A DNA stretch of 64,000 bases, taken from positions 49,916 through 113,915 of the forward strand of contig SVEH01000004.1 of assembly GCA_015057455.1 (NCBI GenBank), read 5' to 3'. Of this stretch, positions 22,960 through 32,223 are shown piece after piece. Source of the stretch: Lachnospiraceae bacterium. Lineage in GTDB: Bacteria > Bacillota > Clostridia > Lachnospirales > Lachnospiraceae. Below the pieces are notes generated by a model, which saw nothing but the letters and a program-made list of their open reading frames with translations, was not told the DNA's origin and searched no databases. Position 1 is the stretch's first letter. Each line of letters begins with the position of its first letter. Both the position numbers and the translations under genes were made by a program.

Positions 22960-23041
22960 AGTAGATATGAAGATTCTTGATAGAATGTTATCTTGAATAG
23001 GATAGATATGAAGATTTTTGATAGAATATTATCCTGAATAT
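22919..23041. repeat. Tandem triplication (about 41-nt unit) of the 3' end of ntpB
   Basis: 22919-22959 (real C-terminus ...[12 protein letters not shown]), 22960-23000, 23001-23041. Copies 2 and 3 differ by a few substitutions and a 1-nt indel. Confidence 0.9.
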
Positions 23042-23055
23042 AATAGGAGGTAATT

Positions 23056-23685
23056 ATGAATCCTAATACTTTTCCTACAAAAGGAAATCTTATGTTAGCA
23101 AAGAATTCTCTTCAATTGGCTAATACAGGATATGAGCTAATGGATAAAAAGAGAAATATTCTTATTAGAGAGTTAATGGAGTTAATAGAAAAAGCAACAA
23201 ATATTCAGAATGAAATAGATTCTACATTCTCAGAAGCATATCAAGCATTAGAGAATGTTAATAAGGATATGGGATTATATAAAGTAAAAGATATAAGCAA
23301 GGCTATACCGGAGGAAGAAAGCATAAAAATAAAAACTAGAAGTATTATGGGGACAGAGATTCCACTTGTAGAACATGATAGGTCAGATATACATAAACCA
23401 GATTATGCTTTTCATGGAATGAGTGTAACACTTGATGACGCCGTAACCAAATTTAAAAAGGTTAAGGAATTAATTATTAAATTGTCAACGGTAGAGACGT
23501 CAGCTTATAGACTTGCAGCAAGTATTAAGAAAACTCAGAAAAGGGCCAATGCATTGCAGAATATAACTATTCCATATTACAGTACATTAGCTGTGGAAAT
23601 AGAAAATGCCCTAGAAGAAAAAGAACGAGAAGAGTTTTCACGCCTTAAAGTTATCAAACAAGTACAAACAAAAAAGAGGTTATAA
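23056..23685 (+). CDS. ntpD: V-type ATPase subunit D (central stalk)
   Basis: 209-aa coiled-coil protein (PTKGNLM..., ...KRANALQNITIP). Last gene of the operon. AGGAGG RBS. Confidence 0.85.
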   Translation: MNPNTFPTKGNLMLAKNSLQLANTGYELMDKKRNILIRELMELIEKATNIQNEIDSTFSEAYQALENVNKDMGLYKVKDISKAIPEEESIKIKTRSIMGTEIPLVEHDRSDIHKPDYAFHGMSVTLDDAVTKFKKVKELIIKLSTVETSAYRLAASIKKTQKRANALQNITIPYYSTLAVEIENALEEKEREEFSRLKVIKQVQTKKRL

Positions 23686-23688
23686 ACT

Positions 23689-24291
23689 ATGCTCCGCAAG
23701 AGTTTTATCCTTATATGCTAGTTCCAAATTTAAGAGAATATAATATATTTTTCTCACCGCTTGCGCTCCGTTGCAAAGCGTAACGGTCGTTAAGTTCATA
23801 CTTCGCATAATTTATGTTCGTATTCACTAAACGCCGACGGTTTGCAAACCCCGAAAAATATATCATATTCTCTTAAATTTTTAACCTTGCTTATAACTAT
23901 TATAACTTTTATGAGCTAAATTTTATTATTTTTTGTTATTCTCTCGCCATATTTACTTTCGATTTTAATTTTATTGTTTTACCATCATTGCTGTTTTTGC
24001 TTTCAAGGATAGATTTATAAAATATAGCATGATTATATTTATATACCTCAGTAAACAGCATATAATAAAGGGGCTCGAATATGTATGTTTAATGGTGTCT
24101 GCGCACCTTGGCCCTTAGTGATTTCAAGCGTCAGCGCAGAAAGAACTTAGTGCCATTAGGTGCAAAGTCAAGTGAGAACGTCCATTAAACATATATATTC
24201 GAGCCCGTATTATTGCGTCACTAGCATAGTAACCTAACACTTGCGCGGAGCCAAAAAATCTCCAAATTTGAGCGATAGCTCAAATTTGATA
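23689..24291 (+). mobile_element. MITE-like non-coding repeat element, copy 1 (left end truncated)
   Basis: Inner inverted repeats gctccgcaagag (23691-) and cacttgcgcggagc (24238-). Right outer hairpin aaatttgagcgatagctcaaattt (about 24266-24290). Homologous to 47263-47712. Holds two nested-hairpin modules (23726-23880 inverted, 24071-24206). No credible ORF. Confidence 0.5.
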
Positions 24292-24387
24292 AATGATATA
24301 AGAATATTTAAAGAGTGAGAATGGAATTTTATGGGAGGTTTTATGGTATAATTAGAAATATATAGTGATGTCTGGGGAAATTTTCTA

Positions 24388-26454
24388 ATGAAAGGGAGTA
24401 TGATTATGATAAGAAAGGCAACGGTACGTCGTGGATTGGTTGCAGTAGTTGCTTTATGTGCATGTGTATGCTCTATGGTGTTTGGAAACGTGATGAGTTC
24501 TTATGCTGAGGAGATTATTCATACGCATATTTGGGCTACTAAGTACGACGACAAGAATCACTGGGAATACTGTACTGTTTGTAATAAGGTGCAGAATAAA
24601 CAGGAGCATAAGTGTGTAGACCATTGGTTTAATGGTACAGACAGTTGTGTTCACAATAATTTTAGTAATAGAATATGTGAGTGTGGTTATAACTATACTT
24701 ATAAGAAACCACATGGAACTACTTCAGATTGGAAGCAATACGCATCTAGATTATTGCATTATAATCATTGTACAACGTGTGGCTCTTGGATAAAGAGTGA
24801 AAGATGTACAAAGGGTGGAACTAATACTAGTTGTAAAAATCCAGGAAAATGTGATAAATGTGGTGCTGTTTCAACAAAGAATAATCATTTTGTAACTACA
24901 GGTGGTAAGTGTAGAGATTGTGGAAAGCAGATATTGAATATTTCTGATCATACAATTAAGTATGCAGATGATTATAAAACTGCAACAATTAAATTCTCTA
25001 TGAAGCCTGTTGTTGAAGGTGGAAAGTTAACTGGTACAATTAGTGGATATACAGGAAATCCTAACTACACAAGTGCAAAATGGACAAGTACAAGTAAAAG
25101 TGATGGTACTTATGAGTATACAGGTGTATATACATTTGATCCTAAGAGACAGAGAAAGTGTACAGTTAATATGGGAGATACTCAAAGTGCATTAACAATT
25201 AATGGCGAGAAAATCTACATTGATGCTAATTTATTTAAGTTTACTATATGGCAAGATCATGGTAAGCCAGATGTGAATGAAGTACAACAAAAGGATCAAA
25301 AAACATGTGGCGATTGGGCGACAATTAAAGAGCTTACTATATCAGGAAAAGAGGATTTATCAAAGATAGTAACAATTAGTATTATTGATAAGGAATCAAA
25401 GGATGTAATTGTAGATAAAGCTCAAACAGATGTTAAAGATGGTAAGTTTACATACAAATGTACTCCACCATTAGAAGGACCTGTAGAGGGAAGAAGTTAT
25501 ATATTAAAGGTTGTAGACGAAATAGGTAATGAGACAGAAAAAGAATTTAAAGTATATAGGACTGATTGTAGAGCGCCAATTATAAGATCTGAAAAGGAAT
25601 ATACTGAGTGGTCACAAACAAAGAATCTTGTATTTAAGTTAACTGATTATGGTGCAGGAAAGGCTGCTACAAGTATTCTTGATCAAGTAAGTTATGTTGA
25701 TGCAAAGATTGTAGATGGTGGATTTAATGCTTGTTATACATTCTCTGTTGAGAATTATGGAGTGACAGAGTATAAGTTATATGTAAAAGATGGTTTAGGA
25801 AATGCTGCTTTAGAAACTATAAAAGTAGGTAGAGTGGATAATACAAAACCAACAGTTACAGAACTTAAACATACATACAAATATGATTCTACAGTAGTTA
25901 AAGAGGAAGAGAAGGATGAAGAGGCAGATGTTTCAGCATCACCAGGACCATTATCAGAAACTAAGCCAGTTGGAGCAACTATAACAGTTGAAGCTAATGA
26001 TAAAAATACTAAACTAAAAGCAGAAGGTTCAGGTGTTGCAGGCTATGCCGTTACAACATCAAAAGATGAGATTAAAGCTAGTGACTGGCAAGAATTTAAT
26101 ACATTATCAGTTGATAAACCTGGTAAGTACTATATATGGGTTAAAGATAAAGCAGGTAATATAGCTGATCTTAAGGTTGTAACAATAAAAGATGATTATA
26201 GTATGGTTATAGGTGAAGACGTTAAGAAAGATGATGGCAAGGACGATGGTGGCAAGTATGAGGATGTTCCTAAGGTGCCAGATGAGGAAGACAAAAAGAA
26301 TGACTCTAAGGAAGATAAATCAGATTCAGAAGAAGATGATGATACACCTTCTACGGGAGATACAAGTTTTGTTCTTGCAGCAGGAATTATGTTAATTATT
26401 TCAGGAGCTATTGCATTATTATTTATGAAAAAGAAACGTGGTAATTTTGTGTAG
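24388..26454 (+). CDS. Cell-surface protein: signal peptide, Cys/His-rich module, Ig-like repeats, PxTG-type sorting signal
   Basis: N-terminal signal (LVAVVALCACVCSMVFG). Cys/His-rich stretch of about 150 aa. Beta-rich repeats and an acidic tract. TPSTGD followed by a TM and KKKRGNFV tail (sortase-substrate-like). Confidence 0.6.
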   Translation: MKGSMIMIRKATVRRGLVAVVALCACVCSMVFGNVMSSYAEEIIHTHIWATKYDDKNHWEYCTVCNKVQNKQEHKCVDHWFNGTDSCVHNNFSNRICECGYNYTYKKPHGTTSDWKQYASRLLHYNHCTTCGSWIKSERCTKGGTNTSCKNPGKCDKCGAVSTKNNHFVTTGGKCRDCGKQILNISDHTIKYADDYKTATIKFSMKPVVEGGKLTGTISGYTGNPNYTSAKWTSTSKSDGTYEYTGVYTFDPKRQRKCTVNMGDTQSALTINGEKIYIDANLFKFTIWQDHGKPDVNEVQQKDQKTCGDWATIKELTISGKEDLSKIVTISIIDKESKDVIVDKAQTDVKDGKFTYKCTPPLEGPVEGRSYILKVVDEIGNETEKEFKVYRTDCRAPIIRSEKEYTEWSQTKNLVFKLTDYGAGKAATSILDQVSYVDAKIVDGGFNACYTFSVENYGVTEYKLYVKDGLGNAALETIKVGRVDNTKPTVTELKHTYKYDSTVVKEEEKDEEADVSASPGPLSETKPVGATITVEANDKNTKLKAEGSGVAGYAVTTSKDEIKASDWQEFNTLSVDKPGKYYIWVKDKAGNIADLKVVTIKDDYSMVIGEDVKKDDGKDDGGKYEDVPKVPDEEDKKNDSKEDKSDSEEDDDTPSTGDTSFVLAAGIMLIISGAIALLFMKKKRGNFV

Positions 26455-26570
26455 AAGAGTGAAATGAATATAGAAAGTTTTATAGAAAAGTTGTATATTA
26501 TTTAATAAAAATGGTTTATTATTATAATAATTAGTGCTATAATAATATCTGTTGGAAATCAAGTACAATA

Positions 26571-26606
26571 AAAAGGGCGAGGTATAATTATCTCGCCCTT
26601 TTGTTA
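26571..26606 (+). terminator. Rho-independent terminator
   Basis: aaaagggcgag / ctcgccctttt 11-bp stem, 10-nt loop, T-run. Confidence 0.75.
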
Positions 26607-26716
26607 TAGGTAATTTTGAGTTTTGTTACACCTCACGCTAAAAAGTGTCATATGTAACAGATTGAAAAAAACATTTAAATATAAAAACTGAAAGTTAGTG
26701 TATGGAGGATTATTAA

Positions 26717-27721
26717 GTGGAAAAAAGGAATTACAATATTGAGGTACTACGAGTTATATCTTTTATGTTTGTAATAGTAGTACATTCTGCTAATTATTAT
26801 TGTGAAGAATTTGGAAGAATTATAGGAAAACAATTTGCCTTTGCATATTTTATTAATGTATGCGCAAGAGTTTGTGTGCCTTGCTTTTTTATGATAAGTG
26901 GAGCATTACTTTTAGGCAGAGAGGAATCTGTTTCAAAATGTATTAAAAGAGTAGGAAAGTATATAAGAGTATTGGTAGTATGGAGTGTTATATATTATTT
27001 ATATAACGTTTATATTATGGGGAAAGATGTGAATTTATATGAAGTATTTAATAAACCAACAGAAAAGCATTTGTGGTATTTGTATGCATTAATACCTATT
27101 ATGGCATTTTTGCCTTTTTTTCAAATGATTTGTAAGAATATGAAAGAAGAACATGAAAAATGGTTTGTAGCAATAGGAGTGTATTCAATCATAATAACAT
27201 GTTTTGGAGCAGAGTTTTATTATAATAACGTGTTCTTTGGCTCAAGACCACATTTTATACTTTTATTTTTTGTAGGTTATTTTATTAGTAAGCGTATTGA
27301 TAAAATATCAGTTCATAATAGTGTATTAGTGGTAATATTTGTAGTATCTGCGTTTATTAATACATTGTTTGGAGTTTATATGAGTTATGAAAAGGGAGAG
27401 TATTGTAAGTATGGAACTTATTATATAAATCCATTTATTTTATGTAATAGTATAATATTATTTATATTAGTGCTTAGAATTAAAGATGGACAGTTAGAAT
27501 TAAAGGGAACACTAAAAAAAATAGTAGATTTAGTATGTAGGTATTCTTTTGGTATATATTTAAGTCATATATTATATTTAGATGCACTTAAGCTTATATT
27601 AGATAAAATATATATACCTGCATACATAGGAATTCCTAGTATGATATGTATAGTTGGAGTTGTTACATTGGGGACAGTATGGATATTAAGTAAGAATAAG
27701 ATAACGAAGATGATAATGTAG
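26717..27721 (+). CDS. Acyltransferase family 3 membrane protein (O-acyltransferase)
   Basis: 334 aa, about 10 TMs, N-terminal NIEVLRVISFMFVIVVHS pattern typical of Acyl_transf_3. GTG start after GGAGG. Confidence 0.7.
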   Translation: MEKRNYNIEVLRVISFMFVIVVHSANYYCEEFGRIIGKQFAFAYFINVCARVCVPCFFMISGALLLGREESVSKCIKRVGKYIRVLVVWSVIYYLYNVYIMGKDVNLYEVFNKPTEKHLWYLYALIPIMAFLPFFQMICKNMKEEHEKWFVAIGVYSIIITCFGAEFYYNNVFFGSRPHFILLFFVGYFISKRIDKISVHNSVLVVIFVVSAFINTLFGVYMSYEKGEYCKYGTYYINPFILCNSIILFILVLRIKDGQLELKGTLKKIVDLVCRYSFGIYLSHILYLDALKLILDKIYIPAYIGIPSMICIVGVVTLGTVWILSKNKITKMIM

Positions 27722-27902
27722 TTTATAAATTATATTAATAAGAAAATATAATAATAATAATACCCAGTATATGTAAAATAAATGTAAAGTTTATATAGTA
27801 TAATGTTTATTATAGAGTCTTTGTGTGAAAAGATGCTTTTTGTTTGTAGTACAAGAATATTATATAAGTGGATTATTTAATATAAAGTATGTATCTGGGG
27901 GT

Positions 27903-28499
27903 ATGTATATGTTAAATAAAATAAGGTGTAAAAATGTATTAAAAAAGAGTTATAATAGTGTGCAAGAAAGATATACTACAATTATTATATTTTTGGTTAT
28001 ATTTAGTTTTATGTGCATTATGGTATCATTAGAAGATAAAGAATATAGAGAAGAAAAAAGTATAGGAGCAACTTCTTGTGATATAGAAGCTGTTTTATAT
28101 GAGAATGCAAATTATACTGGTACAGGGGTAAAACTTACAACAGCGGGAATTAATGTATCAGGTTGGGATGTAGGCGTGAGTAAATATTTAGAGGTTGGAG
28201 TAACAATAGATCAAGGATCTAGTAAAAAGCATATTGTTGAGATAAATATGCCAAGACAGTTATATGTTGTAAGTCAAGATGTGGACTATGTAATTCCAGG
28301 GTTTGAGAGTGTACAATTTCAACATAATGGAAGTATGAAGATTAATGGTGATGCAGGTGTATATACGTATCATGAGAATAGTGGAAAATTAACATATGTA
28401 TTGGAAGTGTCTGATACTAGCATAATAACAGAGGCAACTATTCAATTAGAATTAAGATATGATGATGCGTTTTGGGATAAGCAAATTGGATTTGCATGA
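27903..28499 (+). CDS. N-terminal fragment (signal-anchor plus about 150 aa) of a large surface protein; probably the same gene as 28459-30846, split by a frameshift
   Basis: TM TTIIIFLVIFSFMCIMVSL. ORF ends in a 41-nt overlap with the next ORF in the +1 frame. GGGGG RBS before ATG 27903. Confidence 0.5.
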   Translation: MYMLNKIRCKNVLKKSYNSVQERYTTIIIFLVIFSFMCIMVSLEDKEYREEKSIGATSCDIEAVLYENANYTGTGVKLTTAGINVSGWDVGVSKYLEVGVTIDQGSSKKHIVEINMPRQLYVVSQDVDYVIPGFESVQFQHNGSMKINGDAGVYTYHENSGKLTYVLEVSDTSIITEATIQLELRYDDAFWDKQIGFA

Positions 28500-30846
28500 G
28501 AAACTATACTGTAAAGAGTTAACAACAGAGGTTCAGATACCATATTGGACAGATGATAGTGGAAAGAAGCATTATTTAGAGTTAGATGTTGATAATATAG
28601 ATTACTCTGTTTATGGAGAATTAAATTATGAATGTATATATGATAAAGAAAATGGAGTAGTTAAGTTAGTTGTAGACAATTTTTTTGATACAGAAAGAAC
28701 ATTAAATGATATAGATTTCCCTTTTAAAGTTCCAAGTGAGTTACTAAGTTTGGATGATGAAGCAATAGATTTTGCTGGTGGATATATTACGGTTACAGCT
28801 ATTAATATACATAATGAGCAAATAACTCTTAGTAAAAAAACAAGTATTGCTAGCCGTGAATATGTTATAAAAGAAGATATAGATGAAGATTTAGATGTGT
28901 ATAATGATGAGAATGATGTATATTACTACAATAAGTTATGTGAAGAGGCAATGATTTATTTTGGAGATTTTTGGATAACAAATGGTGGATATTTGAATAG
29001 CGTTGAAAAGCAGTTTACATTTACAATGCCTAAGGAAATTTTAGTTGCATATATGGAATTATATTCATACGCAGGTGATGAAAATTATGAAATAGAGTAC
29101 TCATTGCAAGATAAAAATGGCAATAAAGTATATTTTGACTCAAAAGGTAATATAGTTAAGAGTGGTACAAGTGGCGCAAGAGAGACCTGGAAAATAACAA
29201 TAGATAATCCATATTATCAAGATGATAGAGGGTCTGGAGTTTGTTATTTAGGTAGACCTGACTTGCCAAAAGAACATAGAAAGTATTATTTTAAAACTGT
29301 AAAATATAGAGTTGGTTCAATAGAATCAAAATCTAATCATACAACAGAAGTATATGGATACCTAAATGATAGTTGTGTGATGGGAGGTTCATATTCTTTA
29401 GGTTGCAAGGTTGAATCAATAGGAAATCCTAGTATTAATACATTTAATGCTTATTTATATGTAAATCTAGTTGATTATAGAAATACACATGGATATATAG
29501 ATATTGATGAAAGTGATGTTGATATTGTACAAGCAGGCAATAGCTTTGATATGAGTGGAAAAGCATATGCGACTTATAGTACAGGAACAACAAGTAATTT
29601 ACTGAATGATGTTAGGATAGGTATTTTACTACCAGAAGGAATAAGTATACAAGAGGAGAATATAAGATTAACTAATTATGATGGAGAAAAAGTTGAATTA
29701 GCAAGTTTAACAAAGCAAGCTTATACCAATGGTAGGAATATGTGGATTATTAAGGTGGATCCCGAATATTATATAGGTTATTATAAAGAAGATACGGATA
29801 GAACATCAGGATTTTTAGATTCAATAGATAATTCTAGTACAATAAAGTTTAATATAACATTTACAACAAGTAGTAGTATGACCAATGCTAATTTAAATAG
29901 TGATGAGATGTTTTATTTTACAGCTAAAGATTTACAAGCATATAGATGGGCTTATAATTATTATAAAGAGGATCCATGGGATTTAAATGAAAATGGAGAT
30001 ACCACAGATTATTTAATGAAGTCTTCAGATGAAGTGAAAATGTCAATAGTTACAGATGCATTAGTTATTAATGTGGAAGACAATATTAGTATGGAAGGTG
30101 AAGGTAAAGTAACTAGTAGAGTAGGATTAATAGAAAAAATAGAAGATGTTGTGACTTATTCTATAAAAGTTAATAACCTTAAGAGTGGTACGCTTAGATT
30201 GTATGATCATTATATTGCTATTCCGAAGAAAAACTCAGTAAAGGATAGTTATTTAGTTAAGGAAAGTGGTACTGTAGGATTTGATATGATATTAACAAAA
30301 GGTGTTGAATTCCAAGGAAGTGACATATTTGAGGCTTTTTATACGGTTGAAGAAGGACTTGGATTTGTTGATATAAAAGATTTAGATTCTAGTAAGTGGT
30401 ATTCTAGTAGTAAATTATTAGAACAGTATACTTGGAGTGATATAACAGGTATAAAAGTACGCTTAAAGAATAATAGATATGTTTATACTGACTTTGATAC
30501 TACTATTAAAATAGATATGAAGGTTAAATCAGATGATTTAGAGATAGTGGAAAATTGTATGAATAAATGGAGTAGTAGAGTAAATTATATATTTGCATAT
30601 AGTAGTGGAAAAGTAGGTGGATATATTAGTACAGCTGGATGTGGCGCGCAAACAACAAAGTCACTAGTAGAAAATATAACAGATAGTGGTAGACTGGCTG
30701 AAGATGATACTTTGGGGGATCCACTAGATGATACACCAAATACATATGATGAAAAGTGGGATTATTTGTATAGGTGGAAACTGTTATTAATTATGTCATC
30801 AATAGTAAGTGTTTTAATGTTATTTAAAATAAAGAATCAAATATGA
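28459..30846 (+). CDS. Large surface protein body with C-terminal TM anchor (no signal peptide of its own)
   Basis: 795 aa, beta-rich and Asn/Tyr/Asp-rich. C-terminal LLLIMSSIVSVLMLFKIKNQI. The frame is open only from 28456. Confidence 0.55.
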   Translation: MMMRFGISKLDLHEKLYCKELTTEVQIPYWTDDSGKKHYLELDVDNIDYSVYGELNYECIYDKENGVVKLVVDNFFDTERTLNDIDFPFKVPSELLSLDDEAIDFAGGYITVTAINIHNEQITLSKKTSIASREYVIKEDIDEDLDVYNDENDVYYYNKLCEEAMIYFGDFWITNGGYLNSVEKQFTFTMPKEILVAYMELYSYAGDENYEIEYSLQDKNGNKVYFDSKGNIVKSGTSGARETWKITIDNPYYQDDRGSGVCYLGRPDLPKEHRKYYFKTVKYRVGSIESKSNHTTEVYGYLNDSCVMGGSYSLGCKVESIGNPSINTFNAYLYVNLVDYRNTHGYIDIDESDVDIVQAGNSFDMSGKAYATYSTGTTSNLLNDVRIGILLPEGISIQEENIRLTNYDGEKVELASLTKQAYTNGRNMWIIKVDPEYYIGYYKEDTDRTSGFLDSIDNSSTIKFNITFTTSSSMTNANLNSDEMFYFTAKDLQAYRWAYNYYKEDPWDLNENGDTTDYLMKSSDEVKMSIVTDALVINVEDNISMEGEGKVTSRVGLIEKIEDVVTYSIKVNNLKSGTLRLYDHYIAIPKKNSVKDSYLVKESGTVGFDMILTKGVEFQGSDIFEAFYTVEEGLGFVDIKDLDSSKWYSSSKLLEQYTWSDITGIKVRLKNNRYVYTDFDTTIKIDMKVKSDDLEIVENCMNKWSSRVNYIFAYSSGKVGGYISTAGCGAQTTKSLVENITDSGRLAEDDTLGDPLDDTPNTYDEKWDYLYRWKLLLIMSSIVSVLMLFKIKNQI

Positions 30847-30884
30847 CGAAAAATTATTTACAAAATACAAAAAGGAGAGACAAG

Positions 30885-31580
30885 ATGGATAATAAACAGA
30901 CAGAGAAAGATAATGAAATTAAAGAAGAACAAGAAAAAAGAACAGAAAAAAAAGATGATAAGGAAGTATCATCTAAGAAATCTACAAAGAAGAAATTCAT
31001 AGCTAAGAAAATCAAGTTGAAATTAGTTAGTGTGTTAATTATAGTTATTGTAGTTTTAGTGGCTATAATAGGTATACTAATAGAAATTAATAGCGCTAAG
31101 AAAGAAAAGGAGATTATTACAAAATCAACTTTAGAGAAAATAATTAATGTAAGTGATTTGTCTACATTTGAGGCAGTATATAATGGTGTGGCAAAGTCTA
31201 TGAACGAAGAAAAACCTGAAAAAGTTGATTATCATGTATCATATGAAGCTAAGGTAAAAGCAGGTATAGAATTTGATAAAGTAGATATTAAAATTGATAA
31301 TGAGAAAAAAACAATAAAAGTTAAAATTCCAAAAGTAAAAATAACAGAAGTGGTTGTTGATATCGCATCTCTTGATTATTTATTTCAAAACAATAAGGCT
31401 AATGATGAAACAGTATCAGAGGAAGCATATAAGTTATGCAAAGAAGATGTAGAGAAGGAAAGTGCTACTAATGATGCAATTTATGAATTGGCAGAGGAAA
31501 ATGCAAAAAGTGTTATTGAAGCACTTATTAAACCATTTGTTAGCCAATTAGACTCAGAATACGTTTTAGAAATTAAATAA
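30885..31580 (+). CDS. Membrane-anchored DUF4230-like protein
   Basis: Lys/Glu-rich N-terminus, TM (LVSVLIIVIVVLVAIIGILI), then the pattern ...YEAKVKAGIEFDKVDIKIDNEKKTIKVKIP... recalled as DUF4230-like. AAAGGAGAG RBS (alternative coupled ATG at 30843). Confidence 0.5.
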   Translation: MDNKQTEKDNEIKEEQEKRTEKKDDKEVSSKKSTKKKFIAKKIKLKLVSVLIIVIVVLVAIIGILIEINSAKKEKEIITKSTLEKIINVSDLSTFEAVYNGVAKSMNEEKPEKVDYHVSYEAKVKAGIEFDKVDIKIDNEKKTIKVKIPKVKITEVVVDIASLDYLFQNNKANDETVSEEAYKLCKEDVEKESATNDAIYELAEENAKSVIEALIKPFVSQLDSEYVLEIK

Positions 31581-31592
31581 GGAGAGATTAAG

Positions 31593-32183
31593 ATGAAGAA
31601 AATTATTATATTATTGATGTGTATTGTAACGTTAGGATGCACGTCATGTAAAAAAGAAGAAGTAAAAGAACTAAAACCAGAAGCACCTCAAATGAAATCT
31701 ATATGCGAGTTAGCAACAATGAAATGTTACTATCATAATGTTGCCAAATTTAAAGAAACTGATGCAGAAGGAATATTATGGTGGCAGAAGGATAGACATT
31801 TTTGGATTGAATATGATGGAATAGTTACACTAGGTGTAGAAGCAGCTTTAGTTGACATTAAAGTAAAGGGAAATAGAGTAACAATTACAATGCCACCAGC
31901 AAAAGTACTTAGTTGTGAAGTTAATGAAAAAACTCTTACAGAAGATTCATATATTATTGCAAAAGGTTCAGCTGATGTAGAAGCAGAACATCAAACAGAA
32001 GCATTTAAAAAAGCTCAAAAGAATATGAAGAACGAAGCAGAGAAAGATGAGGCTTTACTTGCAAGTGCAAGACAAAGAGCAGAGAAGCTTCTAGAGGATT
32101 ATGTAAATAACATTGGGGAACTTGTGGATAAAAAGTATGAAATTAAGTGGGTATATGTGGATAATGAGGGGAACAAACTATAG
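31593..32183 (+). CDS. Lipoprotein, DUF4230-like (paralogous architecture to the preceding gene)
   Basis: Lipobox LGCTSC; ...YDGIVTLGVEAALVDIKVKGNRVTITMPP... similar in layout to the upstream protein. Confidence 0.5.
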   Translation: MKKIIILLMCIVTLGCTSCKKEEVKELKPEAPQMKSICELATMKCYYHNVAKFKETDAEGILWWQKDRHFWIEYDGIVTLGVEAALVDIKVKGNRVTITMPPAKVLSCEVNEKTLTEDSYIIAKGSADVEAEHQTEAFKKAQKNMKNEAEKDEALLASARQRAEKLLEDYVNNIGELVDKKYEIKWVYVDNEGNKL

Positions 32184-32223
32184 ACTAATATAAGGTTTTG
32201 TAAAGATAAAGTAAAAAAATATA

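Noticed and set aside
24120-24195. Small reverse-strand peptide (MFNGRSHLTLHLMALSSFCADA) inside the repeat module, considered as a possible type I toxin
   Set aside because: The second copy (47498-47635) carries an indel that changes the frame after 9 codons (MFNGRSHLTSRLADTKFFRR). There is no SD and the peptide is not conserved.
24182-24215. tRNA-like T-arm resemblance (attcgagccc / attcgaaccc) in the repeat module
   Set aside because: The segment is the 3' arm of a 25-bp stem pairing with gggctcgaat... about 110 nt upstream. There is no acceptor, anticodon or D-arm geometry.
26213-26395. 60-aa ORF in an alternative frame of the surface-protein gene
   Set aside because: It lies inside the acidic, low-complexity Asp/Glu/Lys tract of a well-supported longer gene, and is a typical frame artefact of GA-rich repeats.
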